DNA from: Saccostrea echinata
Lineage: Eukaryota
Reading direction: 5' to 3'
Assembly (NCBI RefSeq): GCF_033153115.1
Contig: NW_026889796.1
Coordinates: forward strand, 12,834,001-12,898,000
Length of the DNA stretch: 64,000 nt
Below, one piece after another: positions 38,189-52,400 of this stretch. Made by a program: the position numbers and the translations under genes. The notes below the pieces were generated by a model. That model did not search any database. It had not been told where the DNA came from and saw only the letters and a list, made by a program, of their open reading frames with translations. Each line of letters opens with the position of its first letter. The first letter of the stretch is position 1.

Positions 38189-41100
38189 ATGGTTCTAGGA
38201 CTGTTTGATTCTGCTATTCCCTTCAAGGGACAGGTGTACAGTAAACTGAAGTCCCAGTGTGTGAGTTCTGGGACGCTGTTTCAAGATCCGGAATTCCCCC
38301 CAGATTCTTCGTCTTTGTTTTATACTAAATCTGCGCCGTCTAACATTGTATGGAAAAGACCCGGAGTAAGAAAATTAATGTTTAGCGCTATATATGACCC
38401 CAGTGTTGATTAAATAAATAATTAATTAAATAAATATTCTCTGCATAAATTGTATGTGTTCTCCATATGTTTTATTCCCCCAGACAATAATATTTTAATG
38501 TGGAACATATTTATTTTTTTGTAAAGATCAACTCGTATACTATAAATTCCACGGATATAGAAGCAATCAGCAAATATTCAAATATTTTTACATCAATTGC
38601 AAATGTCCCTAACTCTATCAAATCCTAAGGAGCTAACTGAAGATTAATGAATTTTATCTCATTAGGGCATAATTGAAGAGTAATTAACTTCATCTCTGTT
38701 GGAGATGATTGGAGAGTTATTAATTTTATCACATCAGGAGATTACTGCAGCTGGAGAGTCATTAATTTTACCTCATTAGGAGATTACTAGAAAGTAATTA
38801 ATTTTACCTCATTAGGAGATTACTGGAGAGTAATTACCGTTTTTCATTAGAAGATTACTAGAGAGTAATTACCTGTTTTCTTATTAGGAGATTACTGGAG
38901 AGTAATTAACTTTATCTCATAAGGAGATTACTGGAGAGTAATTACCTGTTTTCTTATTAGGAGATTACTGGAGAGTAATTACCTGTTTTCTTATTAGGAG
39001 ATTACTGGAGATCCTAAATTCTTCGTTGATGGTGCCAGTACTGATGACTTTCACCAAGGTTCACTTGGAAACTGTTGGTTTGTAGCGGCAGCAGCATGTA
39101 TAGCAGAGAAACCAAAACTCCTCAAACAGGTACGACCAAAAATAATGTTCTTTATAATATTCAGCTCAATAAATGGTGAATTTGTATTGTTCGTGTGTAT
39201 ATTAAGAAGACCATGATTGATTATAGATTGTCCCGGACATTGAAAAACAGGAATGGCTTCCGGAGAATAAAAACAAATATGCAGGAATATTTCACTTCCG
39301 GTTCTGGGTTTTAGGAGAATGGACGGACGTCGTTGTTGACGATTACTTACCAACTCAAAATGGAAACCTTATTTACATCCACTCTAATACCCGGAACGAA
39401 TTTTGGTCCGCTTTGTTGGAGAAAGCATACGCAAAGTGAGTCATAGAAATGTCAATTAATAAAACAATTTCACTGATAGTATGGAATTTCAATGGACGGT
39501 GACATACTAATTACACCTGCATGACACCGAACTGGAAAACAATGTATGCTGTATATTTTGTATCAGAGCTAGATTTGTTATGCAAGTACGAAAAGAAGTT
39601 ATAGTAAATTTCACTAAGTTTAATCGATGGATAAAACGCATTCGTCTATCAATTGGATATGCTTACATAATTTCCCTGTTTTCGGAAACACGGAAAATTC
39701 CACGCTGTCAGTGGAAATTTTACAAATGAACTAAGGACTAAGACCAATAATTTTAGCTGTTCCTAACATCTTGCCTACCTACCGTTTTTCAATAAATTTG
39801 CTCTCTGCAAATATCTTTTGAAATTCGTAAAAACAATTATAGGCATATCTTTTTTTTTTTCAAATTGATCTAAAGAAGAAAATCATTCGCGTAAAACATA
39901 GTACTGTTCTTTTATAAAATTTCATTCCAAAAGTCTTTGCAACGGACGTCTTACTTCTTTTCACTGTAGGATTTATGGTAGTTACGAAGTGTTGGAAGGA
40001 GGTCATGCTAAGGATGCTCTGGTCGACATGACAGGAGGGGTAGGGGAGGACATAACCGTGTCAAACTACACAGAGTCAGAGGAAAAGAAACAAAAATTAT
40101 TCAATATACTCAGCTCAGCCATTTCTAATCGTTCTCTGATTAGTGCTTCAATCAATGTAAGTTTTAATATTGACGAGAAAAGGTAAATTATGCTGATACA
40201 TGTACATAGCCTAACCATCCACTTAGAAGTGTGTTAAACGCTTTCCTTTTAAAGTCATACATATTCTTTTAAATTTATTTCCTTTAGGCAAAAGACGGTG
40301 AAATGGAGGATAAGACCAAAACAGGCCTGGTGAAGGGTCACGCCTACAGTGTCACAGACGTAAGGAAAATAAAACTAGGTCAAGGTCTTCTGGCTTTTTT
40401 TAAAAGAGAGTCTATGGAGATGGTTCGATGTCGCAATCCCTGGGGTGGCACAGAATGGACTGGGGCCTGGAGTGATGGGTAAGGATTCACAAAGCATATG
40501 TATACCTCCCTGTCAAGTTGAACGACGGGGCAACTGCTTCGAATGCAATTTGGGAGGATGTAATAGTGGATGGGAGAAGAGAGAAAGAGGAAGAGGAATT
40601 TGATGTTGGGGAAGGAGAAAGGAGATGGGGGAGTTGATCTTAGAAAGACATAATATTATAGGGAGCGATCATTTAATAAGATGGTAGTAGTGCGACAAAA
40701 ACTCTGAAATTTAATTTTTTGCCCAAAAATTTGTTTTGCAATTGGACATCTTCACATCGTCAGGGGTCCCACGTCTATTCGTGGCCCTGACGTTGTGAAG
40801 GTGTTGAAATGGGAAAAAAGACTAAGACATATAGTAGATTTTGGATTGTCAATAAATTATTGTAAACCTAAAATATGCAATAACGCCGATGAATCAGAAC
40901 TTTCAAGTTTCAAATACTCAGAAAAAAATGTTTTAAAGTTTGAATTTTGAATAAGCCAAATTAAGTTCCCGGAAAAAATAAAACATTTAGTAAATATTAT
41001 CAGTCTACTTAGAAAAATGGAAAACAGTATCACTTTAATCACAACAGTATGATTTTTGTTTAAAATTGTATCTTGGTGTTTGGTATTCAACTAAAAATTC

Positions 41101-44100
41101 AGTGAATTGTGTTGAATGTGTTAGATGAAGACAACAACAAAATCTCTATCTGTCATTACTAACGATTTTTGTCTGTATCGAAAGAAAAATGTATATCATG
41201 TTAATGTGTATGCATAGGAACTGTACTGTCATTTTAAATCGGGGTAGGTTTTTTTTAATGAATTGCTACATGTACATGTACTTGTAGGTCCGAAGAGTGG
41301 GCTAAAGTCAGCGATAGCGAGAAAAAGGAACTAGGAATCACCATAGAAGATAATGGAGAATTTTGGTAAAAATAATTTGAATCATCTTTTCCAAAATCTT
41401 ACGCACAATGCAGAAATATGTATAAAAAATATTGAGTAGAGTTTGCAAGAAGATCAGCTACTATATGATTATACGCATACTGCAATACAAAAGTTCGTGT
41501 TTTTAAATTTTGAAAATGTAGAAATATCCACATATTTCCGATTTCACTTTTGAAATACAATTTCCATTTTATGTACTCACATTCCATCGAAAATCTTTCG
41601 CTTATTTTTCTGTTTAGTTGCTGCATAGATATAGGGATTCAATATTTTTTTAGGATGTCATTTGAGGATTTCTGTAAGAACTTCACAAGTATTGACCTTT
41701 GCCACCTAATCAATACCTCATTTTTCTCCCTGTCTAAGACGTGGCACGAAGGTGTAGGAAAAGGCGAATGGACAGATAGTAGATGTGGGGGATCGTTTGG
41801 AAACGAAGATTACCTAAAAAATCCACAGGTAACAAAATTTATTTATAGCATCCAAGGTTTTATATCTGCATACAGTTAAACATTTATATCACGAATACCA
41901 TGGATATGTCGAAATGAGTTTGAACTCTCAACCCGTTTTTTCTATATGCATTATAACTTCAATGTCGAATCCTCGGAATCTCGAATTGGTTCGACCCCGT
42001 TTGACTTCAAAATAGATTGACTTTACTTCTTATATATATATTCTGGGATTCAAGCAATGTTGAAGACAATCTTTTCAAATTACTTAGTTTATTTTATTTA
42101 TTTTTCCAGTATGTTTTTGACGTAAATGATAAAGAGGACGAGGTTTTGGTCTCTTTACAACAAGCAGACACACGGGCATTTAAGGGCGAGGAAGGAAAAG
42201 AAATGTACGGAATTGGTTTCTTCATTACTAAGGTAACTATGGAAAAAAATTCAGAAACATAAAACATACTTTTGTTTTAAGGTAGTCAGATCCTCAGGTT
42301 CTGAAAATCAGCTTTTAAGTAATTGAAAATGCTCACAGAAATGTCTCTGATTTCACATAGTAACGTGAATTGACCCATGGAATTTCTTCAAAGTCCACCA
42401 TTGTAGTTAATCATATTATGTAGGGAAAATTATCAAATCTCAAATATATTTTAAGGAAATGCGAATAAAAACACCAGTTATGCATTTTCTAATTGAAAAT
42501 TGATGAACAAATATAATTTAGGATAGAAAAATATAGGTATCCAGGCATTTGGAGAAAATTGGATCTTTTTATGCTTGTATAGTATTTTAGTTCTTCTTTT
42601 TACTTCAATTGACAAATAATACATAGTGTAAAAAGCTTGTGCTATCATTGCTAAACATCACATATCACATCTAAGTTCTTATCATGCTAATAAGCAATGG
42701 TATCTAGTGCTAGACTAAAGGAAATTCGATTTCTCTAAAAATGAATTCAATTTTTTTTCTTTTATGGGTTACAAATGTCATCTTTTTACAAGACTGTTTC
42801 TAAGACTTCAAAGAACCTTGAATCATAATAAGATGCATAAAATGAAAATTGTTGCATGAAAAAATCTCAATTTCATGCTTCAATTTGAAACTTTTTAAAT
42901 AAAATAGTAAATTTAAGAGTTATCTTTCCTGACTGAGGATCGGATATCCTTAAGTGACTTTCCATGATTATAACCCTTTTACCATGCAATAGGCTGAGCC
43001 TTGGTGCAGGATCCCTTAGTGTTGAAGCACATGTGTACAAGTTGCCCCTCTTTCCTGGTTTGGAAAACGGCTAATACACTGTGCAATCGGAAGAACAACC
43101 TCAATGGTATTACATACATGAAGGCGTCCATTACAACTCATTGAAAAATGTAAAGAATTTTCTTATCTGTAAATTCTGGGACTAAACTTTGTTGAAAGCA
43201 ACAATATAATAATAGCATAATACAGACGAGAAACCAACTCTTCCTTGTCAGATGCTTAAATGATGGGAAACGGCTCAACTTGGTACAAAAGTTTAACAAT
43301 TGGCGATGTTAATGTATTCAGAGTGTTTTCCGAACTTTGCGGGAAAAGTCCAAGAAGTTTAACACGTTATTGTATAATTGAAACTGAAATTTTATCTGCA
43401 AGGATATCTTAAGCATCGTATTTTAATAAAGAAGTTTTATTTTGTTTTGATTTTTCATCATTTATTTAACACATTGCATTTAAAGAATAGAAATTAATCA
43501 ATTCAATATAAAATAGATATTATAAGAAACTCGTGATATTTGAATCATTCTTTATCATTTAACCCATTGATTTTGAAATATTTACTTCAGACTGATTTAA
43601 ATCGTGAGTATAGAATGCACGATAAGCTGGAGACGGCCCATTGTTCAGGATATGCCGTTAGCAGAGATGTTATGGAACGCGCCACCCTCAAGCGAGGGCG
43701 ATATGTGATATTTCCTACAACACATAAGCCGGACCAGAAAACGAAATATATTTTACGAATGTACTTCAGCTCCTCCCCCGACTTCAAGTGAGTATTTGAA
43801 GTTAAGGTGCATCGTCCCTCAATTTGAAATTAAGGTTCATCGTCCCACAATTTGAAGTTAAGGTTCATCGTCCCTCCATCGAAGTTAAGGGGGCTGACTG
43901 GGATTTGCATTACATGTACTTTGCACAGTGCAGTGAAAAAGAAGTGTATTTATTATCATTTTTTAAAGCAGTTACTTTATCACGATTTATCAAATAAAGA
44001 AATCAGAGATTAAAAAAATTGTTTTCATTTTTAAAACTGATTCTTTTTCCAAACGATTTTTCAACTGATAGGTAATTATTGTGAGTTTGTGACATTATAA

Positions 44101-45674
44101 AAAAAACAGAGGTTCTTTAAGAGGGGGTCATAAAAAGTGTTATAAAAGAAATAGTGTAAAATACTATTTAGGGTCGGGTAAAAAGACAATTTTCAAATTC
44201 CCCCCTCCCCCCCAGGGTATGCTCTGAAATTGTATCTATTTTTATTTTAATTAGATTTCTTTAAGAAATTCGTAAGTTTCAAAGCGAAATTTTATATGAT
44301 TGAACAGAGGGGCGATCAACCTTAATTAGAAATTTTATAAAGCAATAATAGTCATCAATCCTAGTGAAATAGTTGTTACATTGTAGTTCTTGGTTACTTG
44401 AAGGTCAATGAACCTTAAAACAGAAATTATAAAATATTTGTAGTCTTGATTAGATTATCCTTTGGATTTATCTCGAAGAAAACGTTTATTCGTATATATA
44501 TAATTATTTTGAAATATTTAATATCTTGTCACAGTTAGTTATGAAATTATATAAATTATATACAATCATGTACATGTGTGTATGTGTGAGTGTGACTTGG
44601 TATTATATGTAAGTGGAAAATGACGCCAAGACGAAGCAAGAAAAAAAAACATCATGAAAAAAAAACTTATTATAACGCACATATTTTTAAGGGAGTTGTG
44701 TTTTGACGAGCCACAGCCTCCTCAGTGTTGTTCATTCTTGTGTAAACCTCCAACAGCTGCGACACAAATCACGATAAACAGTGCCGACAATCTAGAGAGT
44801 ACTGCGCCCCTCCTAGGTATAGCCAATTCAAAGAAAATTGAAACTTCTAGATCTAGAATATTAAACAAATCAATGAAAGTGTTTTTCATGTTAAAAAATG
44901 GAAAATTAAAAAAAATCCTCTACTGAAAATGTAATATTTATGTTATCACATAACAGTATATTTACATTTTTTTAAATCCCCGTACAGACCCAGATCCCTA
45001 TTGTGAGATTTTCTGTGAGGGGAACAAAGTAAAAACCAGTGTCTGTAAAAGTACCAAAAACCCGAACTGGAACGAAAGAATTACCTTTTACCAAAAAAAA
45101 GACGGGGATATCAAAATAGAGGTACGTTTTTGCTATAAATATAAAAAAAAATGTCTCTGTAATTTTGGTGATTATAAAGCAATATGTCGTTTAAATTATA
45201 AAAATTTAGCAGTACATTACTACAATTCATTTATACCATTGATATACCAAACTAGTTAAGTTGGTATTTTCCCTCAAAAATGAGTGGATTTAATTCATGG
45301 GATGAAATGAACATCTAGATTTTCCAAAAATTCATTGAAAAAAAGTAAAAGATATAAACTATCTTTTTTCTTATAAATTTATGTATGGTAGTGTGGAAGT
45401 ATTTTGAATATTCTTGAAGATCTAATAAAAAATTACAGGTTTTTTTAGTTTGACTTTTACACCATTTTTTTTTAATTCATACTAGATTTGGAATGACAAT
45501 TTAATAAAGGACGATTTTCTTGGACAATGTGTGATTCCTTTGAAAGAGAAATCTAAATACACAGGAAAAACGATACAATTTCCTCTTTTGGGGAAAGGAA
45601 AGGAAGAAAGCACGAAACAAAAAGGAACGATTAGTGTGACTATATTACATACAAAGGAAATGGACACCGTATGA
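38189..45674 (+). CDS. CAPN5: Calpain-5 (TRA-3)-like protease, copy B, 638 aa, 12 coding exons
   Basis: Exons 38189-38365, 38998-39129, 39227-39435, 39970-40156, 40288-40478, 41288-41365, 41654-41828, 42110-42232, 43591-43787, 44692-44816, 44988-45121, 45486-45674. Intact C/H/N triad, C2 domain, same intron phases as copy A. Confidence 0.92.
38640..39011 (+). repeat. Minisatellite (about 33-40-bp unit) made of copies of the exon-2 splice acceptor of calpain B
   Basis: About ten copies of ...ttag|gagattactggaga gtaatt..., increasingly degenerate leftwards. The last copy is the real exon start at 38998. Confidence 0.9.
42281..42949. mobile_element. MITE with TTAA TSD (Kolobok-like)
   Basis: ttaa|ggtagtcagatcctcag ... 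ctgaggatcggatatcc|ttaa, imperfect TIRs. Confidence 0.65.
43795..43890. repeat. Short tandem repeat, about 28-bp unit, roughly 3.5 copies
   Basis: tttgaagttaaggtkcatcgtccc repeated immediately after a calpain B donor site. Confidence 0.8.
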
Positions 45675-48149
45675 TGACCTCGAATTCGAGGCTAACCGAC
45701 TGGAACATCTTTATCAGACCAAGTGTAGCCACGCTTTCATACATTTATTAGTACATGTAATGTGCAAAAAACTACCACTGTTTCGCCTTCATACATCCAT
45801 AAGTACATGTAACGTGCAAAGAGAGTGTTTCGTTAATCACCAACATTTAGCCCTTGGATTTCCCATGGTTATACAGAAAGTTACTTTCTCCCCTCTTCCC
45901 CTCCTTTTTAACAGATCTAGAGGGAAGTTACTCAGTGTATACTGAGTCAACGTAATTTTTGGAGAAATTACAAGTTCTACGGCAAACAAATGGAAATTAA
46001 ACATACTTAGTCTATTATGATAACTACAGTTTCTAAGAGTGTTGTATATCATGAACTTGTAAATTGTTGTTGCATTTGCCAGATATTAAGTGTTTTATAT
46101 ACATGAATTGTTTTAGATAAATAAAAATATTAATGTTACACTTTGTAAAAAATTGCTTTTCATTCGGAAATATCTGGTTTTATTCTACACTATAAGCCTA
46201 ACCCGAAGTTGTATCTTCTGTAAAGTCTTAAAATGTGTTGAGGCAATTTTCGAGGAATAAATGATTGTTTTGCAATAAAGAGGCTCGACAAAGGACGTCT
46301 GGAACGATTCATGAGAAAAGGAAAAAGTATCTCGAAGCGAACTATGTCTTGTTAAAGTACATGTAGATTAATGATTGATAAAATTGTAAAATAAGAGTTT
46401 GAAGTGGGGGTGTCTGAATTAGTGTTAGATATATGTTTGTATCTTAGATACTTTTTGGAGAATAGGGAAATTTTTGTCTTAGTCGTAAGGTGTGCGGACA
46501 TATGGAAAAATGCCCCGTTTTGAAGCCTGGTACATTACAGAACGAAGATATTTGTGAAAAGGTCCACAGAACTTTATCTAGGTCAATGAATAAACAAAGC
46601 AGTATTTCCGACAAAATGCTGGGGTGTTTGGAATGAATTTTCACTTTCTTTCGATACAGTAGTAATAAATTATAAGGGACAAATTAAGTCTTCTCCCAAG
46701 TTGTATATTATTGAAGAGTATTCAAATAATTTGTAATACGTAACCACCTTGTAAATCATCTCGACCAAATGTTTTGGAATGTTCTATCGGCAAACCCCGA
46801 AACTCTGTCTTAATAAGGTTTTTCAGTTACCAGTATTTCCGTTGTATCAAAGTCAAAACACATTGCATGTTTGATAGAGTGGTGGTTCCTCTAAAACAAC
46901 TACGAACAAGAAGTAAATGTACGTGCACTCGAAATAATTACCTCAAAACATTTTAAGACCAAATAAGGTACATCAACTTCCGGTTTCGTTTAATGATAGA
47001 TAAGATAAACTGCTTGTAAAATATAAAAAGTACCCGACTTATTAATGACACTGGCAACACTGAATATAACAGTAATTGAGCTTCGTTAAATAAAACAAGA
47101 CTTTTTTTTTTATTTTGGAGTCCCCTCCATTTATGGTTTTCATTCGGAAGTCACTTGTTTTATTGTACATATTTATAAATAAATATGTATTTATTATATT
47201 ATATATAAATAAACGAAACCACGATTTGATTATCTTGTTTATAGTCTAAAAATGTGCTGAGGTAATTGCCGAGTAATAAATTAGTGTTTTACCAAAAAAA
47301 GAAACAAAACAAAACAAAAACAGAAAACAAAATAGTAATACATAAAATAAATGTCCCAAATAAAATCGATGAATTTTAGTAAACATGATGGTTAAATTTA
47401 AGATGTTATATTGACATAATAGATTACACAGTTTCTAAGAGAGAAAAAAACTGTTAATTCTCTTTAATTTGACTAATATATATATTGCAAAAAAATGACA
47501 CTCCAATTTAATTTGTGAGAACTGCAATTGTTCTAAAAAAAAAATAAATGATTTCAAATCAGTTTAACCATTAATGTTCACACTGTGCACAAGTGACTAG
47601 AAACAGTTTTCGATTTATGCGGTATGTTTAATACAAAAGGAAAAATGCAATGATTTGATATTTTTTTAGTTCCAATGCATGTATGATAATATTTTAAAAC
47701 CATTAATGACATTCGAAATTTTTTTTATCTTAACTACATTAAAATTATACTCATTAATCATTAAATTCAAAGGCTTTTGATATGGCACGTTATTTTTAGA
47801 TACATGAGTAAGATATGAAATATTAACTACATGTAAAATAATTGTTGGAAATCAAGAATGAACACATATTCCTCGTATAATTAATATAATATGAAAACTT
47901 AATATAAAACGAGTTAACAATAAATTTATAAGAAGTTTCAAGTTACTATAGTTGAAATTGACTTAAAAAAACAAACTTAAACAAGTTACAAAATATTCTG
48001 ATAACAAACAAGAACATTCGTATTATATCGACGCAATATAGTAGCGTTTTAGAGATGTCTACATGCTAAGCATAGTTTGTTAATTTCAGAGATATACCCC
48101 CCTTATTTTCACATTGTTAATGAAAAACTATCGGTATCAAAATTTTCGA

Positions 48150-49075
48150 GATGAAATATGTGGGGATAACGAACAGTATTCGAGCTCAAAAGGTCATTAA
48201 ACATTACAAAATAGGAGCAGAGCAAACACGGACCTCTAAGACATCAGAGTTGGGATCAGGTGCCATGGAGGAGTGAGCATCCCCTGCCGACCGGTCACAC
48301 CCGCCGTGTGCTCCTTGTCATGATCGGGAAATAACGGAAAATCCGTCGACAATTCAGTGTGTAAATAATGGCTTAACAATTAGTATGGAAAAAGTCAGTC
48401 AGCATTTGACTTAATGATAGATTTATTTGCTGACAAGGTCATTGTATCGATCACAGAACTTACGAATTGATGACTTTAAACGAGACTGCTGATATTCTTG
48501 TTTCATCAACTTGTTTGTCAATAACTTACCTCGTTTTAGAAATTGTTCATACGTACAGCATGCTCTGGCGTATCGAATCAACTGAGAAATATATACCCCG
48601 TATGCAGGTGATAAGGGTATATTGCTGCATAAGTAAGGGAAGTTGACGATTGAAATGTAAAAGTCATCACGTTTATCATAAAGCTTTGTTGTTAGATTAC
48701 TATTAACGTCTTTTTCTAATAAAATATCCAAATATGAAACAGATGTGTCAGACTCTGTGGTATCTTTTATCTCAAGCTCACCGCGATATATCGTGTCGAC
48801 ATAAGAATGGAAATAACCATTGTTAATTGACAATACATCGTCGATATATCTAAATGTCGAGTTGAAGGCAACAGCAAGTGTTTTCTTCCTTTCACATAAA
48901 AGATTTTGAACAAATTCTGCTTCATATGAATGCAAATATAGGTCTGCTTATAACGGGGCGCAATTAGTACCCATGAAAATTCTAATAGATTGTTGGAAGA
49001 CCTGGTCTCCAAAAACCACATAGATATTGTCAATCAGAAACTCGAGCATCTTTTTAATATCAAGTTCAGAGTAGG
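48150..49075 (-). mobile_element. 5'-truncated Penelope-like retroelement (RT C-terminal half plus 3' region)
   Basis: MLEFLIDNIYVVFG, MGTNCAP, FRYIDDVLSINN, SYLDILL, KLYDKRDDF, AYGVYISQLIRYARAC (ORF 48423-48935). A short copy of its end also lies at about 1637-1680. Confidence 0.8.
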
Positions 49076-49481
49076 ATCTCATTGGACATCACATTGTTCA
49101 TGGAAAACTCAGTATCAAAATTTTCTGGATAATTATAAACGAGTTTTTCATGTCAACAAAAATAGATAATGAAGTATATATCGTTAACTTCATACTCGCA
49201 ATAGCCGGTTTGGATTCTTTGATGAAAACTAAACTATCATTATGAGTATTCCATGTGAACAGCTGCCTTTTCATAATTATTTACCTTCTTTTGAATGAGG
49301 GATACATTTCATACAGGTAAGATAACGTAAGAATATTGTGTGTTAGTATATACCTATAAAAAGGAGCACATTACCAACATGACACCGACATGAAATTGCA
49401 AATCTGTTTTAATATGAATAAAAAAAAGAAAAACATCTTACAATGTATTTAATTTTAAGATATCAAAACTTAAAGTTTGTG

Positions 49482-52400
49482 TTATTTTTCTTGTTTCTTT
49501 AACCAGCTTGCATACATCTCCACATGGTCACGACTTTGTTCTTTGTCGATTTCCTCCATTATGACATCAGACAACTTCCGCTTAGTATCTGGATAATATA
49601 TTGCAATTATATAAGTTTCTCAAACGAATTTAAGTTTCACTTATAGCAAAGAAATATCTACGAAACACAATGAATGACTTGGGTAGTCTATTAAGGCAAA
49701 TTTCCACTTGACCTTTACCTTAAGATATTATACTGTTCTGAAAACTTCAACTGGTAAGGACAGTTAGAAATTTCGTTTTCGAGAAATGCAGTTGTTAACT
49801 GTGACCAATATTGAAGCCAATGCCAAGAAAGCGACAAAACATACATACCAATAAGGAATTCACGTTCTCCAGTTCTGGAGATGGTGAAACACCTATATCA
49901 TAAAAAAAAAACTCATTGGTTGAGTAGGTTGGACAAAACTTACCGTCATATTTAATGCATCTACATTTTTTCTGCATCTCCTCCGGGGTTGCCGCTGAAT
50001 CTAAGATGGCGGTAAGTTGTTCTACTAATGAGTCACACTGATCATACATCTGTTTCTTAGACAGCCCTGCTATCATTGATTTGTGCATTTCTGCAAGGGC
50101 TTTTACTGGTGTCAACATTTCGCCCGCAAAGTAGTAATCACAATTTTCACCCTGTCAAATATATACAACAAGATAACTTTTACTGGGTATTTTGAAGCAC
50201 AAACTGAGAATTCTTCAGAAACAATATGAAAGTGAAGGTAGAATAAAGATCAACCAAGGGATGTTCTTTGGTAAAAACTGAACCCTACTTCAGTGGAAAT
50301 GACAATTCATAGTAAGTAATCTTACCTCTACTCTGTAGAGCTTACACGGGAAAACTCGTCTTGTAGCAGCCATTTGTTTCACTATAGGTTTAACCTCAAA
50401 CGGGCCTTGTATTCTGTCGTCAGCCATAGTTAATAATGGTTTAAATTCACAACTTTTAGGGACGAATTGTAGGAGACTTCTTGAAACTTTAAATTTTTTC
50501 TTAATTGCTGTAAATTTTCGAATATCGTCTTGTTCCATTCTGCTCTCAAGTCGCTCGTTGAAATCTAGAAGAAATAAAAATGACAGTTCAATCTGTTTCT
50601 AATACCAGAATTTAACAGATCAATGAAATTTTCGAGTAACTAAGTTGAAAATCGGGATCGGGATTCCGTACCTGGAAGGACATGTCTGAGATAGTTAACA
50701 TGAAATGCCCAGGCCAATCCAAAAGCCACGTTACCAGCCGGGACCTGTGACCTTAAGGTTACAACATCACCTTCAAATACAAAATATATATGTAATTTTG
50801 CACAACATTTTTTTTGAACTGTGTGACTGATTAAACCAGGTGCATTACTGAAGTAATTTGTAGTATATTTTCTTCGTAGAGAAGCCAAATTGTGAGTTCA
50901 AGTTACATTGAATAAAAAAAAAAGTTCAGAAATGAGTTGAATTTGAAAAAAAAATACCTTTGATGATCTCATATATCCTTTCTTCATAAGAGGGCTCGTT
51001 AGAAATGTCTATATAAGTCACCCATTGAATAAAGTTAGGAATGAATGAACTATCAACGTCTTTTAGTAAAATAATGATTTTCAACTCATTTTTTTCGATA
51101 CAATCGTTCAGTAACCCTGCCAACCAAAATTCGATATAGTCTTTTCTTCTGACTGTATTGACCGATATCAAGCAACAAACCCATCTTGCATCTTTTATTC
51201 GTTCTTCTATTACTTCTAAAATAATAAATTATGTGATATGTTGTTTTTATATGTAAAACTGTCTCATTCAAAAGTTTTGGAAAAACGAAAGCTCACAGAA
51301 AACATCTTTAAGTTAATAGTCTATTTTAAAAGCAACATACAAAATCTTTATACATTTTGTTTTATTGCTATTTTACCTGGAGAGTCAACGGGTGGTCGTG
51401 CAATAGAGCATCGAGTTTTCTTATTTTCCAAAAACATCCGAATTTGCTTTATAGTTCTATTATCCGGGCTACTGCGAACCGAGTTCCGGTTTTCTAAAGC
51501 GTCAATGTCACTGTACAAAAAGCACACATCTACTGCACAATTTGATGTCGACCGTATCAGATGACTTGCTGGTCTGTCACTCTAAAATAAGGAAATACTC
51601 TGCTAAATTTCTGACGTTACATGGTAGATTAAAAAAAAAAAAAGAAAGAAAGTGACTCTGGAACAATTCTAATACCAGTGGTTTCATCATTGTCTCTTCT
51701 ATTGCGTCTCTGACACCATTAAACAAATTGTAAGAAGGGGTATTTTTCTCTCCCTTACCTTCATCTAAATTGGTAAAAAAGGAGGTAAAATTATTCTTAA
51801 AATGCGAAAGTAAATAAATTAAAACGGGAATATCGAAACGAATAGAAATTTCCACAAAATTCTGTGTTTAATTTTTTTTTTTTTAAATATTGCGAATGTA
51901 TTTTATTAGAAACAGATTAAACAAAAATATGCAGAGCATGAGTTTATTTGTTCTTCAAACATTTACTAGTATTTGTCTACTTCGACAAATTATTTTATAT
52001 AATCTTCGATTCATTAAAAGTTAAAATTCCTATCTTTCAGGACAAAATATATGTTCCAGATTCATAATATACATTAAATTATTCTAACGTTATTATATTT
52101 CAGTCTTAAGGTAAGAAAATGTGTCGAACAAACCATCAAACATGAGGACTCTTGCTCTTCCAATACATTCCTCATTTCGACTATGGTTCAGTATTTCCTC
52201 TATCTTGTATTTGAATCTTTCTACTTCCGTTTTGCGCTGTCGGGGAGTTAGGAGATTGAGTACTTCGTCTGCAATGAGCCCAAGAGCACACAGAGCACTG
52301 GGATATTCGGCACAGCAAAAATACTCCTAAGAGAAATTAGGCATGTTTATCTCTACAGGAACATGTATTTTAATAACTGAGTTATAGGAATGCATGTATT

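Noticed and set aside
38640-39011. Array of 14-nt micro-exons used in series, or a CRISPR-like array
   Set aside because: The gaps between units (about 23 nt) are too short to be introns and there are no unique spacers. Kept only as an acceptor minisatellite.
48150-49075. Hammerhead ribozyme associated with the Penelope-like copies
   Set aside because: I did not see a CUGANGA...GAAA core with supporting stems by eye. A covariance-model scan would be needed to exclude it.
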